64,000 nucleotides of DNA, from NCBI RefSeq assembly GCF_006345805.1, contig NC_043007.1, forward strand, positions 73,656,001-73,720,000. The letters run 5' to 3'. How positions within the stretch are numbered: the first letter of the stretch is position 1; every line of letters starts with the position of its first letter. The position numbers and the translations under genes were made by a program. The stretch comes from Octopus sinensis (lineage: Eukaryota). The notes below the pieces were generated by a model. The model was not told the origin of the DNA. It worked only from the letters and a program-made list of their open reading frames with translations, and did not search any database. Positions 42,201 to 51,453 of the stretch are shown piece after piece.

Positions 42201-45200
42201 GTGGTCTGCTTGGTTCTAAGTCATAATAGTGATGTTCTTTTTTATTTTCTGTTCATATTTTGTATAAATACGAACAAAAAGAGATGGATTATATAACTAG
42301 ATATCACTTTAATGAATTTCATTATCATGTTAGCGATATTTTCCCTGTTTTATTTTTATATCTGATTGTTGTATATACATATATTGTTGTGTTGATTTTG
42401 TCTTTAGATTAGTCAAAGCTTGGCTGCTATTGATGGCCGTTTAAAACCAGATGATCAGGTGCTGGAAATTAATGGACAGGATGTTTCATATGGATCTCAA
42501 GAAGAAGCTGCCTTTTATATTCAAGTGGGTTGCATTTTTTGTTCTTTTTCTTTCATCATCATCATCATCATCATCATCTAATGTCTGTATTCCATGCTGG
42601 CATGGGATGGCTGGCTTGACAGGAGCTAGCAGGCTGGAGACCTGCACCAAGTTCCAATTGTCTGTTTTGGTATGGTTTCTACAGCTTGACACCCTTCCTA
42701 ATGTCCACCACTTTACTGAGTGTACTGGGTGCTTTTTATGTGGTACCAGCATGGGTGCTTTATACATGGCATCAGCACAGGTGTTTTTTACATGGTGCCT
42801 TCATTTATTATATCTCATTATGAAAGTTAACAGTTCTTTCCTTGTTTAATTTTATAATGAGCTAGTACATGACCCATCAATAAGGAAAAATAATGCTATG
42901 CTTAGAATAGCATTTGTTTGGGAAATACACAAAAGATATAATTTGATAATATATATAAAAAAGATATAATTTGATAATATATTTACATATTCTTAGTTAT
43001 GCAAATACTTTACAAAATCAGTGATAAAATAACAAAGAAAATATTAAGCAAATCTGTACTTTTTACATAGGCAGCATATCCTTATTTACACTATTTCCAT
43101 GTAGATACATTATGCGTAAGTCTTCTTGCATTTTCATTATGACGTCTACTTGTTCCTGATCTGGTAAATTCTTTTTGATCAGCAAATATTTTAAGATTCA
43201 CTGGATCCCCAACTCTACTAAGTGCGACATATAACTGGCCATGAGTAAATACGGGTGCAGGCATGTAGATGCTGCACTTAGAAAGGCTTTGTCCTTGACT
43301 TTTGCTTATAGACATTGTGAAACCAGGTCTCACTGGAAATTGGTGTCTTTTCATAGTAGAGGGCAAATCGGTATCAGATGGTTGCAGAATAATGCAGGGA
43401 ATCTAAAGTATGCATCCTGCACTAGTTATTTTACTTGCAGTGATCATATTATCTGACACCGATAACACTCTATAACATGCGCCATTGCAGTGCCCATTTC
43501 TCTGATTTAAGTTTCTTAGCAACGTTATAGGAACACCTGTTTTTAATTTGATAATGTGAGGTGGCATGCCACTTATATTAAGAGAAGTCAGAGATTCAGG
43601 AGGATAGAGTGCAGATTGTTGATCTTCTGCAACGGAATCAATGTTCCTCAGAGTATATGTTTCACTTGGAAATTTCTGGATTATGTGGTTATTTAGATTG
43701 TCAACTTCTTCATTCTTTGTTGTTAATATTGCTCGTGAGGATAACCATTGGGCATTGTTAAAATTAACCTCTAAATTTTCATAGACATGGTTGATCAAAT
43801 CCTCTTTGCTATTGACTTGAAATTGCTGAGGAATCTGTATTACTATTCCATGGACGAATCTTAATTAAATAAAATAGTATGAAAATAATAATGAGACAGG
43901 TGATTGTATTATGATGACAATATTTGTATCTTATTTACACAGGGTGAGGTTTAAAAATAACGAAACTTCCTCTCAAACATTCACATACATTCATACATAC
44001 ACACACACACGTTTTTATTAGAGACTCATAAATAGGAATGAATGAAAGAAGACCATTAAAAAGTATAATGAATATGTTGACAGAGGTATTGAAATAGTAC
44101 TCACATGTAATGGTAAATATTAAGAATTAAGTATCTGTAATGAAGAGGCTTGAAAATCTGGTCAACCACATCAGATCAATGAAAATCAACAATTTTAACT
44201 GTGCATTTGTTGACAATCTACTTAGCCTTGTGAAACTACTACTGAGGAAAGGATGTGTGGCAGATGTGATAGAAAGAGTAATCTGTAAATGTGGGAGGCA
44301 TGATAATTAGAAAAATTAATCAAGTGTGAGTAGATGAATGTCAGTGTGAAACAAATGAGTGGGGGAGAAAGGATAGATGCTTACATTAGTATTTGTTTGA
44401 CCCAGTGACATCATTTCTTGTTCAGCCCCAAAAGCTGTCTGCAACAGGCTGTGACAATCGTTAACAGGGACCTGACCCCTTTGGCTCATCAGTGCCTACA
44501 TATTTATAACAGTCTGCAGCTGATAGAAAGCTGGACAAGATCCAGTTCATCTGAACTTAATTTCACCTAGGTGGTCATTAAAAACTCATCAGTCATTGCT
44601 TTAATTGACAGGATAAAGAAATTTTTCCTACCGCAAACTGTGTGACCAGTAATTCTGAGGTGCAGTTTCAAATCTCAGGTGATAGAACTGATATTTGTTC
44701 TTTATATGAGCCTTATCACACGGCAAGAACTTAAAACAAACTTGAAAGAAGATACAAGTTGAGTTGAAGAACTTCTTCACTGAAGCTTCCTCCTTCTCTT
44801 GATTGAAGCATTGCGAGTCTGGGAAGTGAGCCATGGATCAGAACAAGTAATAATTCGAGGGAGATATTTTTCCTCAATCCTAACATGCATAAGCAATGGT
44901 TAAGTAAGGGCCAACTTCTGGAACCTGTTGCCAAACATGGGTGTTTCAAACACTAGGTGATACTCTGCGTCTGGTGGAATTATGATGGGATAATTCACTA
45001 TGAGTTTGTTCCAGATGGTTGAATCATTGATGCCAACCTGGGCTCTGAACAGCTAGACTGAATGTATGCCATTGTATAGCAAAAATACCTGGCATTGGTT
45101 AACAGAAAGCAAGGTGTTCTGCAGCAAGACAACACAAGACCTGAAATAATCTCCAGGAATTGAGGGAATCAAACTGATGCCATACCCAGCATATAGTCTG

Positions 45201-48200
45201 GGCCTAGCTCCCTTGGATTATTACTTGTTCTGATTCATAGCTCACTCTCTGTGCTCAGGACATCTGACAAACCAAGAGGAGGTGGAAGTTTCAGTGAAGG
45301 AGTTCTTCAGCTTGAAGGACAAGAACTTGTATCAGTATGGGATCAAAGAACTAGTAGAAAGGTGGCTTCAGACAGTACAACACAATGGCCTATGTTTTGA
45401 ATGCTAGGATGCTTTTGTTTGTAATTTGATAAATAAAGCAAATATGTGACCAAAATATTGCAAAACTTTTGACTTAACACAATAAAAGGGTGTTTTACTC
45501 TTTACATTCCTAAACATTAATTTTTTTTTCCCCTTTTTTTGCTTTCAGAAAAGTGGCGATGAAGTAGAATTTGTAGTATGCAGAAAAAGTCGTCCACAAA
45601 CTCCTGATCTTATTCGTTCAACAGGCAATGAATTTTCTCTGAAAAATACATCATCTGATAGTGATACTTGCAAGTTAACACCTTGTAGAAAATTCCTTGA
45701 GAGGGAACTAGCAATCCAAAAGGTTAGTGACAATAAAAAAAATTCTTTTTTGCAATACAGTTTTTGTGAGACTTTGAACAACATCTTGACTATCATATAA
45801 ATTTATGAAAAGTCTACGAAAATTTAATTTATTATAAGTTTTGTGAGGCAAAAAATATAAATAAAAAAAATTGAAAGAAAGGCACAGGCATGGGTGCATG
45901 GTAAGAAGTTTGCTTCCCAACCACATTGTTCTAGGTTCAATCACATTCTATGGCACCTTGGGCAGGTACCTTCTACCATAGCTTTGAGCCAACCAAAGGC
46001 TTGTGAGTTGATTTGGTAGACAGAAACTGAAAGAAACCCATTGTATGTGTGTGTGTATATATATATATATATATGTGTGTGTGTATGTGTGTCCCACACC
46101 ACTGCTTGATAACTGGCGTTGGTTTGTTTATGTCACTGTAACTTAGTGGTTCTGCAAAAGAGACTGTTAAAAGAAGTACTGGAGTCAATTCATTTGACTA
46201 AAAATTCTTCAAGGTGGTGCCCCAGCATGGCTGGAGTCTGATGACTAGAACAAAACAAGTACAAGATAAAAGATAAAAGGAATAGCTTTGTTAATAGCAA
46301 GCCTTATTTATATTTTTCCTCAATGAAGCTGCCTTATAAGAAAGCTTCTTTAGTCCTTTTGCTACCATAATTCTAATGAAATACTCTGTCTCTGTGATTC
46401 AGTTAATTTTTTTTAAATAAAAAATTTGGAGGGTGGGTGGCTTAATGTTGGCTTCATTCAAGGTGATTTATAAGCAAAACAATTATATTTATCTTTCATT
46501 TCCTTCTTAGGATCCATCTGAAAGTTTAGGAATTAGCGTGTCTGGAGGTGTTAATAGTCCTCAAGGTGATACTCCAATATATGTCACTAATATCAAACTT
46601 ACAGGCTGTTTGGGACGTACAAAACAAGTGAAGGTATGCATGCTTTTATTTCAACATTCTCTTTAATTTTGCATTATGCTACACCCATACATACAGGCAT
46701 GTCCTTTAAAGGCCGTGCCCCCTGCATTCCCTCTCTCAGCTGCAAGGTCCCTGTCTTGCAGGTTCGTGGGTGCTGGTGCCATGTAAAAAGCACTCGTGCT
46801 GATGCAACATAGAAGCACCTGTGCTGGTGCCATGTAAAATACACCCAGTACACTCTGTAAAGTGGTTAGCTTTGTGAAGGAAATCCAGTTATAGAAACCA
46901 TACCAAAACAGACAATGGAACCTATTGCGGCTCCTGGCCTTACCAGCTCTTGTCAAACCATCCAATGTTAAATGATGATAATGATAATGATTTCTTTGAT
47001 TACTAAATAATGTTGAGGATTTCTCACAATGACACATTACACCTCTAAGATTAGGATTGAATTAATCTCACTATAAAGACTTGCTTTGTTGACAAAATCT
47101 CAACTCAGTATAATGAGATCTATAACCAATTAAATTCAAGGCATTTGTTCTGGTACTGTTTCTGATTACTCCCTTCTATTCTTATAACATAAAGGAATCT
47201 GTGGCAACAGGCTATGTTATGGAGGATGTCAATAACAACAATAATAATTATGCTAAGTACAAGGGCAGTGAGCTCCTGAAAATTCTCAGCTACATTCTAA
47301 GAAAAAGTATTTTTGTAGGAATTTAAGCTTATGCTATTTTGTTGATTTTTTTTTTCCAGAAAGGTGATGTGCTGTTATCTATAAACTCTGTTAGTCTGCT
47401 TGGTCTAAGTCACAATGAGGCTGTGAAACAACTAAAACTCAATACCGAATCAAAAACTATTACTCTAAAGGTGCTTGATGGTCCTGAAGTTTCTCAGAGT
47501 ACACCTGGTAATTTTACTCCTTCTTGGTTATACTGGCTTCAGTTACCAAGGTAAGTTATTCTGAAGTTTTAACTTTGGTTTCACTTAATTTGTTGCATGC
47601 ATTAATTTTGTCATTAAATTTATATAGGCTCAAGCATGGCTATGTGGTAAGAAGTTTGCTTCCCAACCACATGGTTTGGGGTTCAGGTCCACTGCATGGC
47701 ACCCTAATAAAGCCTTGTGCCACCCAAAGCTTTGTGAGTGGATTTAATGGGCAGTAACTGAAAGAGACCTGTTATATGTGTGTGTGTGTGTGTGTGTAGA
47801 GGTGCGCGGCTTAGTGGTTAGGGTGTCAGCATCATGATCGTGGTTTCGATTCCTGGACCGGGCAGCGTGTTGTGTTTTTGAGCAAAACACTTCATTTCAT
47901 GTTGCTCCAGTCCACTCAGCTGGCAAAAATGAGTAAAACTACGATGGACTGGCGTCCCGTCCAGCTGGGGAACACATCCGCCATAGAAACCGGGCCCATG
48001 AGCCTGGCTAGGCTTTAAAAGGGTGCATTTATTTATTTATTTATTTATTTATTATATATATATATATATCAGAAGTTGAAAATGCATTGGAATTTGTTTA
48101 GATTTTTTATTTTAATATTTTTAAAGACTTAACTGGTTTCACAGATTACTCTGATTTTCAAAAGTTGATATAGGAAGACATGGAGCTATGCACAATATTT

Positions 48201-51200
48201 ACAATAGACAGATAAGGGTTATCACCTTGTTTGTTGTTACTACATTGTTTCAGCTGATGTACTCTTCAGCCTTCATCAGGTGTTATGGTGGAATTTCGAA
48301 CCCAACCCTTTATTTGACTAATGGAGTACTGTGGGATTGAATTTAGGTTTATAAGCCCCAAAATTCACTCTATAATTGTAGACAGGCATATAGCATAAAG
48401 GATAAAAGCGCAGGCTACTAACCCTTGGATCCTGAGTTCAATCCCAGGCAGGGGCTTGGGAAATAATATCAACAGAAAAAATAACATCAGCAAAAAAGGA
48501 CAACTTTAGGAATGAGAACAGAATACCCCATCAGTCAAATAGAGGGTTGGGTTCGAAATTCCAATGGAGCACCTGATGAAGGCTGGGGAGTACATCAGCC
48601 AAAATGTTGTGGTAGCAACAAACAAGGTGAGGATACCTATTTGTCCATTGTAAATAATGTACACATTTCCTCATCTCAAAAATATAGATTAGTATGGAGC
48701 TATGCTGCAACTACTTTGTTTCTGATTGGGATTCAAAAATTGTCTTGTTTTTATAGAGAGAACATGGCTCAAATTTTTGTAGGTTCCCCACTATGTCCAA
48801 TTTTTTGTTCTGAAAACCAAGGCTGGCACAGTTGAATGAACATGTGTAGTGACAGTCCCAAAATAAGGTTCTCTAAATTTAATCTGTCAAGTGGTAGAGA
48901 GGACAGGAGTATTTTTATGTAACCTAGTGGTTTTATATACTTTTAACCTTGTGGAATAAAATACATATTTGTGTGTATATGTATATATATCTGTGTATGT
49001 GTTAGTCTCCTACCACCACTTGCTGTGTTTACATCCCTGTGATTTAGTGGTTTGACAAAAGAGACTGATAGAATAAGTACCAGGCTTAAAAAAAAAGTAC
49101 TGGGATCAATTCATTCAACTGAAGCTTCTTCAAGTGGTACCCCAGCATGGTTGCAGTCTGTTAACTGAAATGGGTAGGGAGGTCATTTTCAACTCAATAT
49201 TTCTACATTTTGCATTGTCTTTTGTCATATCATTTGTGTGGGTCTCACTACATCTTTAGTCTTTTGCTGCTGCTACTGTTGTTGTTGTTAAGCAACAAGA
49301 CAGGTAAGGGTGATTAGGGCTGAGGGGCGGGAGACACCAGAACTTGGAAAACAAAAAATTTTGGTCGTCTTGTTGTAGTCGAGAGCTCTTCGTTGATGCC
49401 CGAAACCACTGAGAGGTGGCCCCCGAAGTCGCTGGAAATGGAGATCTCCAGGTTCAAATTCTTGAAGGGCTGCTGTGACAATCCCCCCCCCATTGTCTAT
49501 GTTTCTTTCATATCTATGTTTCTTTCAGTTCTAATGTTTTTTTTTTTTTCAGGATTTGTCAAACTGTGAAAACCATATCCTTGTTACGTGGTCCAAATGG
49601 CAGCCTTGGTTTTGCAATTGTTGGTGGTCGTGACAGTAGTCTTGGGAATTTACCAATGTTTGTTAAATCTGTTGTCCAAGACACTCCTGCAGCAAAAGAT
49701 GGAAGGCTGAGGTAACACTTTCTCTCTTTATTTTTTCAATTATCAGAACTTTGTTTCATTAGATAAGAGTTTCATCAAATTCAAATGTAGAAAAGCATAT
49801 ATTTGGTTATTCTGAAGAAGAATTATAATTTTTTTAATTTGCACTATTTTTAAGCATTAGAAAAACTTCATCTATATATTACAAACATGCTTGATCACCA
49901 CCATCAGTTTAAAGCTTATTGTCACTGCTAAACAGTTCTTTATTTTATAGAATAGATATGAGACTAACATAAGTACAGGCATCTGTTTGTTCAATTAAAC
50001 CAATGGTTCCCAACCATTTTCTTTTACCTATGGACTGTTTTCAAATATTTCTTCATGACCACTTGTTTCCATGGAAGATTGCAAAGAAAGGACACTGCTT
50101 GCATGTTGGTGACACTTGTTACAATTACCATGTAATGTCAAGGCAAGGACTCTTGCATATATATATATATGCTGAGATCCCCTTCAGTCATGACTGACTG
50201 TGGGATTGCACCTAGAAAGTTACTCTCCCAGGCACAAGTCCAGGCAAGGTTGTTTATGGAAGACCAGCAGTTGCCCATGCATACCAGCCTCCCCTCTCCA
50301 CGCCACCAGTGTTATCCAAGGGAAAGGCAACGGCCGATACAGCTTGGCACCTGTGACATCGCAACTCATTTCTACAGCTGAGTGAACTGGAGCAACGTGA
50401 AATAAAGTGTTTTACTCAAGAACACAACACGCAGCCAGGTCCGGTATTTGAACTCACAACCTCACGATCGTAAGCTCGATGCTCTAACCACTGAGCCATG
50501 CGCCTTCACAATATATATATATTCACAATATACATACATACACACATATATATATATATATATATCATCATCATCATCATCATCATATATATATATATAT
50601 ACACACATACATGATTGGCTTCTTTCAGTTTCTTTCTCCAAAATCTACTCAAAAGGCTTTGGTTAACCCAAATCTTTTGTAGAAGAGACTTTCCCATTAT
50701 GCCATGCAGTTGGAACTGAACCTGAAGCCATGTGGATGGGAAGCATATGTCTTAACTACCAGCCATGCCTGCCACCTAATAAAGTAATCATCATCACCAT
50801 CATTTAATGTCTGTCTTCCATACTGGTGTGGGTGAGATGGTGTGACTAGAACTGGCAAGGCCAGGGGTCACACTAGGCTTCATTGTCTGTTCTGGCTCGG
50901 TTTCTACAGCTGGATGCTCTTTCTAAAGGGAACCATTCCTCAGAGTGTACCAAGTGCTTTTTATGTGGAACCAGCACAAATGCTTTTAACATGGCACCAG
51001 TACTGGTATTAATTCTTCTGTGGCAATCAGGTCTTCTTGAGTAAAGCAAGGCACCAGTCATTTTGGTCCTTTGTCATCTCCTTTGTAAGGTTCGCTGTCT
51101 TGATATGGACTTTCAGTACTTTGTCCCATGTCTTCCTGGGTCTCCCTCTTCCACAGATCCCATCCACTTTAAGTGATTGGTAATATGAAAGGTAAACTAA

Positions 51201-51453
51201 AGTGAAGCCTTAGGAAATGAGTTTCGTATAATGCAAGGAACAACTGTTTAATAGAAACTTGTGAACTAATTATGACACGGAGATAACCTGAACACTTTGT
51301 TTTGTATTTTATTTTAGATGTGGAGATATGCTTCTGTCAGTGAATGACCAAAGTCTAAAACATGTAACCCATTCTGATGCTGTTACTTTTCTGAAGAATG
51401 CCACAGGTTATGTCACATTAGCTGTCGTATCATGGCCGGGCACTTTTGTTTGA
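22196..51453 (+). CDS. LNX2: LNX1/LNX2-like E3 ligase/multi-PDZ scaffold, spliced CDS of 13 exons (5'-partial; RING exon not in window)
   Basis: 13 GT-AG exons join in one open frame (1522 nt including TGA at 51451-51453). Translation matches LNX1/2 hallmarks: [11 protein letters not shown]...LEAHL..RC, PDZ1 [16 protein letters not shown]2 QLGIKLV, PDZ3 [10 protein letters not shown], the [10 protein letters not shown] linker, PDZ4 LGFAIVGG and C-terminal WPGTFV. Confidence 0.95.
23590..24030 (+). mobile_element. SINE family A
   Basis: Full head-to-tail copy. Confidence 0.88.
25430..25650 (-). mobile_element. SINE family B
   Basis: Reverse complement of the family B consensus. Confidence 0.8.
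25682..26092 (+). mobile_element. SINE family A, young copy
   Basis: Full length, CpGs largely intact. Confidence 0.9.
26186..26221 (+). ncRNA. Hammerhead-like motif with CUGUAGA core
   Basis: CUUU-CUGUAGA-A-GAGC(GUAG)GCUC-GAAAC-AUA-AAAG. Confidence 0.4.
26675..27000 (-). mobile_element. SINE family C
   Basis: Same core and tail as the 14160 copy. Confidence 0.85.
27220..27800 (-). mobile_element. Mariner-like transposase remnant
   Basis: Degenerate N-terminal HTH region and [11 protein letters not shown] (ITGDEKW-like). Confidence 0.5.
31347..31462 (+). CDS. LNX2: LNX exon: second, TRAF-like zinc finger ([38 protein letters not shown])
   Basis: tttcag acceptor, gtaagg donor, phase 2/1, in frame with both neighbours; C-x6-C-x11-H-x3-C. 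Confidence 0.9.
33120..33835 (-). mobile_element. Penelope-like element fragment (RT piece plus 3' end with hammerhead-like motif)
   Basis: ORF 33622-33831 [12 protein letters not shown]...STEDL...[13 protein letters not shown] (PLE RT motif like S.DV.SLYT.I); CUGAAGA...GAAAC at 33261-33344 on the same strand. Confidence 0.75.
34150..34250 (+). CDS. LNX2: LNX exon: PDZ1 start ([34 protein letters not shown])
   Basis: ttttag acceptor, gtaagt donor, phase 1/0; LGISIVGG motif. Confidence 0.94.
35215..35298 (+). CDS. LNX2: LNX exon: PDZ1 ([28 protein letters not shown])
   Basis: ttccag acceptor, gt donor, phase 0/0. Confidence 0.93.
35364..35877 (+). mobile_element. SINE family D, long variant, with 12-bp TSD
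   Basis: TSD ATGCCTAAACTT at 35352-35363 and 35878-35889; tRNA-like head. Confidence 0.85.
36130..36785 (+). mobile_element. Three tandem SINE family B copies
   Basis: Heads near 36130, 36369 and 36571, each ending in a (TAT)n tail. Confidence 0.82.
36797..37320 (-). mobile_element. Non-autonomous Helitron-like element
   Basis: Minus strand 5' TCTTCTACTATAATA; subterminal hairpin GCTGTCA/TGACAGC; 3' TTAG|T. Confidence 0.5.
37715..37759 (-). ncRNA. Minimal hammerhead motif, inverted-arm copy
   Basis: CUAC-CUGAAGA-A-GGCUG(10 nt)CAGCU-GAAAC-GUU-GUGUU. Confidence 0.6.
37961..38006 (+). ncRNA. Minimal type I hammerhead ribozyme motif (PLE-type)
   Basis: GACAC-CUGAUGA-A-AGCUG(10 nt)CAGCC-GAAAC-GUU-GUGUU; stem I GACAC/GUGUU; palindromic AACGUU in place of stem III. 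Confidence 0.7.
38595..39200 (+). mobile_element. Three tandem SINE family B copies (first one 5'-truncated)
   Basis: Cores near 38595, 38840 and 39080 with (TAT)n tails. Confidence 0.82.
39559..39688 (+). CDS. LNX2: LNX exon: PDZ1 end ([43 protein letters not shown])
   Basis: taacag acceptor, gtaatt donor, phase 0/1. Confidence 0.93.
39720..40400 (-). mobile_element. SINE family D with a nested + strand SINE family A (39925-40300)
   Basis: ggagcaa..gaaataa | SINE A | agtgtcttgctcaagg continues the family D sequence. Confidence 0.75.
40550..40616 (+). CDS. LNX2: LNX exon: PDZ2 start ([23 protein letters not shown])
   Basis: tttcag acceptor, gtaagt donor, phase 1/2; QLGIKLV as in LNX2 PDZ2. 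Confidence 0.93.
40648..41335 (-). mobile_element. Two tandem SINE family C copies
   Basis: Tails near 40650 and 41053; internal repeat units. Confidence 0.85.
41751..42029. mobile_element. hAT (Charlie/MER5-like) MITE
   Basis: TIR CAGTGGTTCTCAA/TTGAGAACCACTG; 8-bp TSD GGTTAATC/GGTTAAAC. Confidence 0.88.
42124..42154 (+). CDS. LNX2: LNX 31-nt exon: PDZ2 ([10 protein letters not shown])
   Basis: tttcag acceptor, gtaagt donor, phase 2/0; required for frame; matches LNX2 EPGVFILDL. Confidence 0.9.
42408..42524 (+). CDS. LNX2: LNX exon: PDZ2 ([39 protein letters not shown])
   Basis: ctttag acceptor, gtgggt donor, phase 0/0. Confidence 0.93.
42862..44024 (-). mobile_element. Internally deleted Helitron retaining the Pif1 helicase C-terminus
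   Basis: ORFs 43403-43798 and 43091-43366: [66 protein letters not shown]; 3' CTAG at 42862; 5' TCTCTAATAAAAA near 44024. Confidence 0.88.
44625..45480. mobile_element. Mariner transposase 3' remnants in inverted orientation
   Basis: Plus strand [16 protein letters not shown] near 45183; 44630-44830 is an inverted related copy (EEASVK.FF). Confidence 0.65.
45549..45722 (+). CDS. LNX2: LNX exon: PDZ2 end, linker, PDZ3 start ([24 protein letters not shown]...[10 protein letters not shown])
   Basis: tttcag acceptor, gttagt donor, phase 0/0, 58 open codons. Confidence 0.9.
45880..46278 (+). mobile_element. SINE family A
   Basis: Degenerate full-length copy. Confidence 0.82.
46511..46633 (+). 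CDS. LNX2: LNX exon: PDZ3 ([41 protein letters not shown])
   Basis: tcttag acceptor, gtatgc donor, phase 0/0. Confidence 0.93.
47360..47550 (+). CDS. LNX2: LNX exon: PDZ3 end and conserved linker ([26 protein letters not shown]...[13 protein letters not shown])
   Basis: ttccag acceptor, gtaagt donor, phase 0/2; PSW..WL.LP is LNX1/2-specific. Confidence 0.95.
47799..48030 (+). mobile_element. SINE family D, short variant
   Basis: tRNA-like head, GTGTTTTTGAGCAAAACACTT CORE-like segment, (TTTA)n tail. Confidence 0.82.
48192..48693 (+). mobile_element. Second SINE family E composite (inverted arm + tRNA head + hammerhead tail) with 12-bp TSD
   Basis: TSD ATGGAGCTATGC at 48180-48191 and 48694-48705; head near 48384; CTGATGAAGGCTG...CAGCC at 48573-48600; inverted copy near 48200-48312. 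Confidence 0.85.
49553..49711 (+). CDS. LNX2: LNX exon: PDZ4 ([53 protein letters not shown])
   Basis: tttcag acceptor, gtaaca donor, phase 2/2. Confidence 0.94.
50172..50508 (-). mobile_element. SINE family D, long variant
   Basis: Shares head with 47799 and tail with 35364. Confidence 0.82.
51318..51453 (+). CDS. LNX2: LNX last coding exon ([44 protein letters not shown])
   Basis: ttttag acceptor; stop TGA 51451-51453; C-terminus like LNX1 WPGTFL and LNX2 WPGSLV. Confidence 0.95.

Noticed and set aside
43091-43798. Host PIF1 helicase gene
   Set aside because: Intronless, disrupted, partial and bounded by Helitron termini
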